DNA from: Amoebidium appalachense
Lineage: Eukaryota > Protista > Ichthyosporea
Direction of reading: 5' to 3'
Assembly: GCA_963693365.1 (NCBI GenBank)
Contig: CAVNZM010000012.1
Coordinates: 1,612,001 to 1,676,000, forward strand
DNA length: 64,000 nt
Under the pieces are notes generated by a model. It made no database searches, had not been told where the DNA came from, and saw only the letters and a program-made list of their open reading frames with translations. Shown piece after piece: positions 62,496 to 64,000 of this stretch. The position numbers and the translations under genes were made by a program. Within the stretch, counting starts at the first letter, position 1; the number at the start of each line of letters is the position of its first letter.

Positions 62496-63406
62496 ACACA
62501 CAGTGCCAACACCCAGAACCTAATCACGCACACCGGACACAAGCTATGCAGCGGGCGGAGGGAGAAGAAAAGAGCTAGAGACGAGAAAGGGGGGGGGAGG
62601 GGTCAAAGTGGGTGGATGGTTGGGGGGGGGGGGGGGGGGGGGGGGGAGGGGGGAAGGGGGGGAAAGGGGGGGCGGGGGGGGAGGGGGGGGGGGGGAGGAG
62701 GGGGGTGTTCGCCAGTTCGTGAAGGGATTTGTGCGAAAGCGGATCAAAAGTTTAGAATGGGTTACCGACCCATGATGGTTCGCCTGGCTGGGCCGTCAAC
62801 TACATCTGGCTCCTTTTCTGTGGGTTACGACTCAAGAACACAGAACCTCGGTTTAAAACCGCAGATTATAATCGTTTTGCCTCTTCGCTCCATCAGCGGG
62901 TATTTTACAGCATAGTGCTTGCTCTAATAGTATAAGACCGAGTCATTACTAGTGCTAGGAAGTGGGTGTTGGGTGCACAGGATAACTCAACATACACAGT
63001 GTAGGTGTACAAATGTGGTTTGATACTTTGTTGGGCCCAAAGTTGAAAGTCGTCGCTTTGCCAAAGTGTCCGCCCCTGCAGCTGGAGGCTGGGTCGTAGC
63101 CTTGTAGGCACAATCAGCATTCCAAAGTAATCCAAACAGCCATTTAAGGTAACTGATCTTATCAACAAAATAGTGGATTGGCCAACTAAAATTTTCCATG
63201 AGCCGCCACAGATCCGAGTGAGATCCGAGCGTGGCCGGAGCGGAGCCTCAAACTGTCTTTTAACGGCTTGCTGTCGAGTGTCCGACGTCACGGCCTTACA
63301 AGCCTTGTGGCAAAACTGGTGGCAATCATTGTTGAAACATCACGGCTCCCTTCTGTTCTGCCTACTCTGCATTTCTGTTTACTGAACACCTAGCCTGAGA
63401 GCCCAT

Positions 63407-63960
63407 ATGATGGGCACGCACCGTGACGTCGACTGATACACAGGACGTATATATAGCCACGGCCTCCCTGGAGTCACACAACTGTACAGAGATGGGCTCA
63501 TGCGTGACAAGGCAATTTTTGAAGATAGATTTTTCGACAACTCTTCAACCATTCAAGCGCCGGAGGGTTGCGACTATTATATAGTGCCGAATTTTAGGTG
63601 GCTAGATATATTGCTGAGGAGTTCAACAAACCCGAGGAGAGTTCTCTAGTAGTGGTTAGGATACATGTTGCACATCTGCATGTAGGCATTTGGCATGGCA
63701 CAAGTAAGATTTAAATTCCAAAGGTGCAGGCTATGGTGGTGCCGTGTTTGTGTTAACAACGTTGGCACTTGTACTTGTACAAGGCGACGGGCTTCTGATT
63801 CAATATTTCTATTGAGAGATGTATTGCTACCGCACGCAAACAGAGTCCACCTCACAGTATGTACACCCGGCCACGATGTCTGTGACACACGTTAACATAC
63901 AGCCATGGCATCACCGACTTCCTTCTTGACATGGGTGACAAAAAAACGGGTGCCCTTAGA
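63407..63960 (+). pseudogene. Degenerate alpha-kinase-like remnant (tentative)
   Basis: MMGTHRDVD*YTGRIY...DKAIFEDRFFDNSSTIQ, then after an AG VARYIAEEFNK, and later HGITD..DMG. These resemble alpha-kinase G.fR.vy.G, FED..F...A..IA..FN and G.tDlG motifs. Stop at 63434-63436; the catalytic D-x-Q-G is not cleanly recovered. Confidence 0.3.
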
Positions 63961-64000
63961 TTATTTGCCAAGCTTTGCTCTTGCGCACGCCCCCCCCCCC

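Overview
Eukaryotic, intron-rich DNA whose introns and intergenic spaces are filled with microsatellites ((CA)n/(TG)n, (CT)n/(GA)n) and long poly-C/poly-G runs. Nearly all ORFs in the supplied track are repeat artefacts. Splicing the non-repetitive islands by hand (GT/GC..AG, phase-checked) gives these genes, in order. (1) The 3' end of a Lys-rich gene (+, to 2311). (2) An intronless ATP-grasp ligase (+, 4336-5809) with one extra C in a homopolymer. (3) A 10-exon type-I membrane protein with a Pro/Thr stalk (+, 9274-17679). (4) A tentative UIM-containing gene (+, ~19.2-22.0 kb). (5) An intronless SDR oxidoreductase (+, 24536-25549). (6) A 7-exon SNAPC5/SNAP19-like gene (-, 28160-33581). (7) A 3-exon BTB/POZ gene with an in-frame TGA (+, 34834-36391). 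(8) A >=25-exon RasGRP-like GEF (-, 39204 to ~62 kb) with REM-CDC25-EF-EF in which the expected C1 domain is replaced by an endophilin-like BAR domain. (9) A degenerate alpha-kinase-like remnant at the right end. A family of ~100-250 bp intronic repeats always lies in the host gene's sense orientation, and a perfect 41-bp inverted repeat sits at 3355-3459. The gene content suggests a unicellular holozoan or other opisthokont protist, but this is inference. All family assignments come from motif recognition by eye, not from database searches.
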